A stretch of 63,678 nucleotides of DNA, the filler included, from Stramenopiles sp. TOSAG23-6 (lineage: Eukaryota), in the NCBI GenBank assembly GCA_900128565.1. It is 11 parts of 11 records of this genome, joined end to end, with 100 filler letters (N's around TTAATTAATTAA, not from the genome) between each part and the next. Parts side by side here need not be neighbours in the genome. Positions count along the whole stretch, not along the records: positions 62,671 to 63,678 come from LT639972.1; 10 more parts are not named here. One strand, given 5' to 3'. Shown here piece by piece: positions 63,632-63,678 of the stretch. Both the position numbers and the translations under genes were made by a program. Within the stretch, counting starts at the first letter, position 1. Each line of letters begins with the position of its first letter. The notes beneath the pieces are model-generated. The model had not been told where the DNA came from, did no database searches, and worked only from the letters and a program-made list of their open reading frames with translations.

Positions 63632-63678
63632 GTATGTTTTCAACATTGAATTTTTTACCAATTTCGAATTTATTTTTT

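Noticed and set aside
1-63678. Alternative genetic code or stop readthrough as the explanation for broken ORFs
   Set aside because: Long exons are stop-free in the standard code, and the breaks coincide with intron elements.

Overview
This is AT-rich nuclear DNA from a unicellular eukaryote using the standard genetic code; the lineage cannot be fixed from the sequence alone. It is not one locus. Eleven size-sorted contigs (ten of about 6.2 kb plus a partial last one) are joined by artificial N44-TTAATTAATTAA-N44 spacers. One contig occurs twice (12567-18742 = 18843-25018) and another three times (43906-50060, 50161-56315, 56416-62570). Recognisable genes are a SPRY protein, an SLC33A1-like acetyl-CoA transporter, an SDS22-like LRR array, a Sel1/HRD3-like protein, a double-HIT (FHIT-like) protein, a 2OG-Fe(II) oxygenase, a NUDT6-like Nudix hydrolase, an ANK/EF-hand/DENN protein, an AlkA-type glycosylase, a GST, PET117, a SAP+EBP/EXPERA protein, ARP2, an FHA protein, a TALE homeobox protein, CCDC124 and CDP-DAG synthase. 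The main result is about 38 copies (in about 45 kb of unique sequence) of one 90-110 nt repeated, introner-like intron family, consensus GTAYGTTTT...TTCGTACGAAATTTTGTACCTAAC...GAAATATTTTTCCAAAATACAT. Every copy I found lies in sense orientation inside a coding region. Conserved protein motifs (Nudix box, ARP2, 2OG oxygenase, SEL1, SPRY) are restored only if these introns end in AT (occasionally TG) instead of AG. An unrelated tandem LRR intron array independently shows AG and AT acceptors interchanging. Together this suggests a spliceosome with relaxed 3' splice-site recognition, exploited by a mobile intron-generating element. Splicing is inferred from reading frames, not from RNA data.
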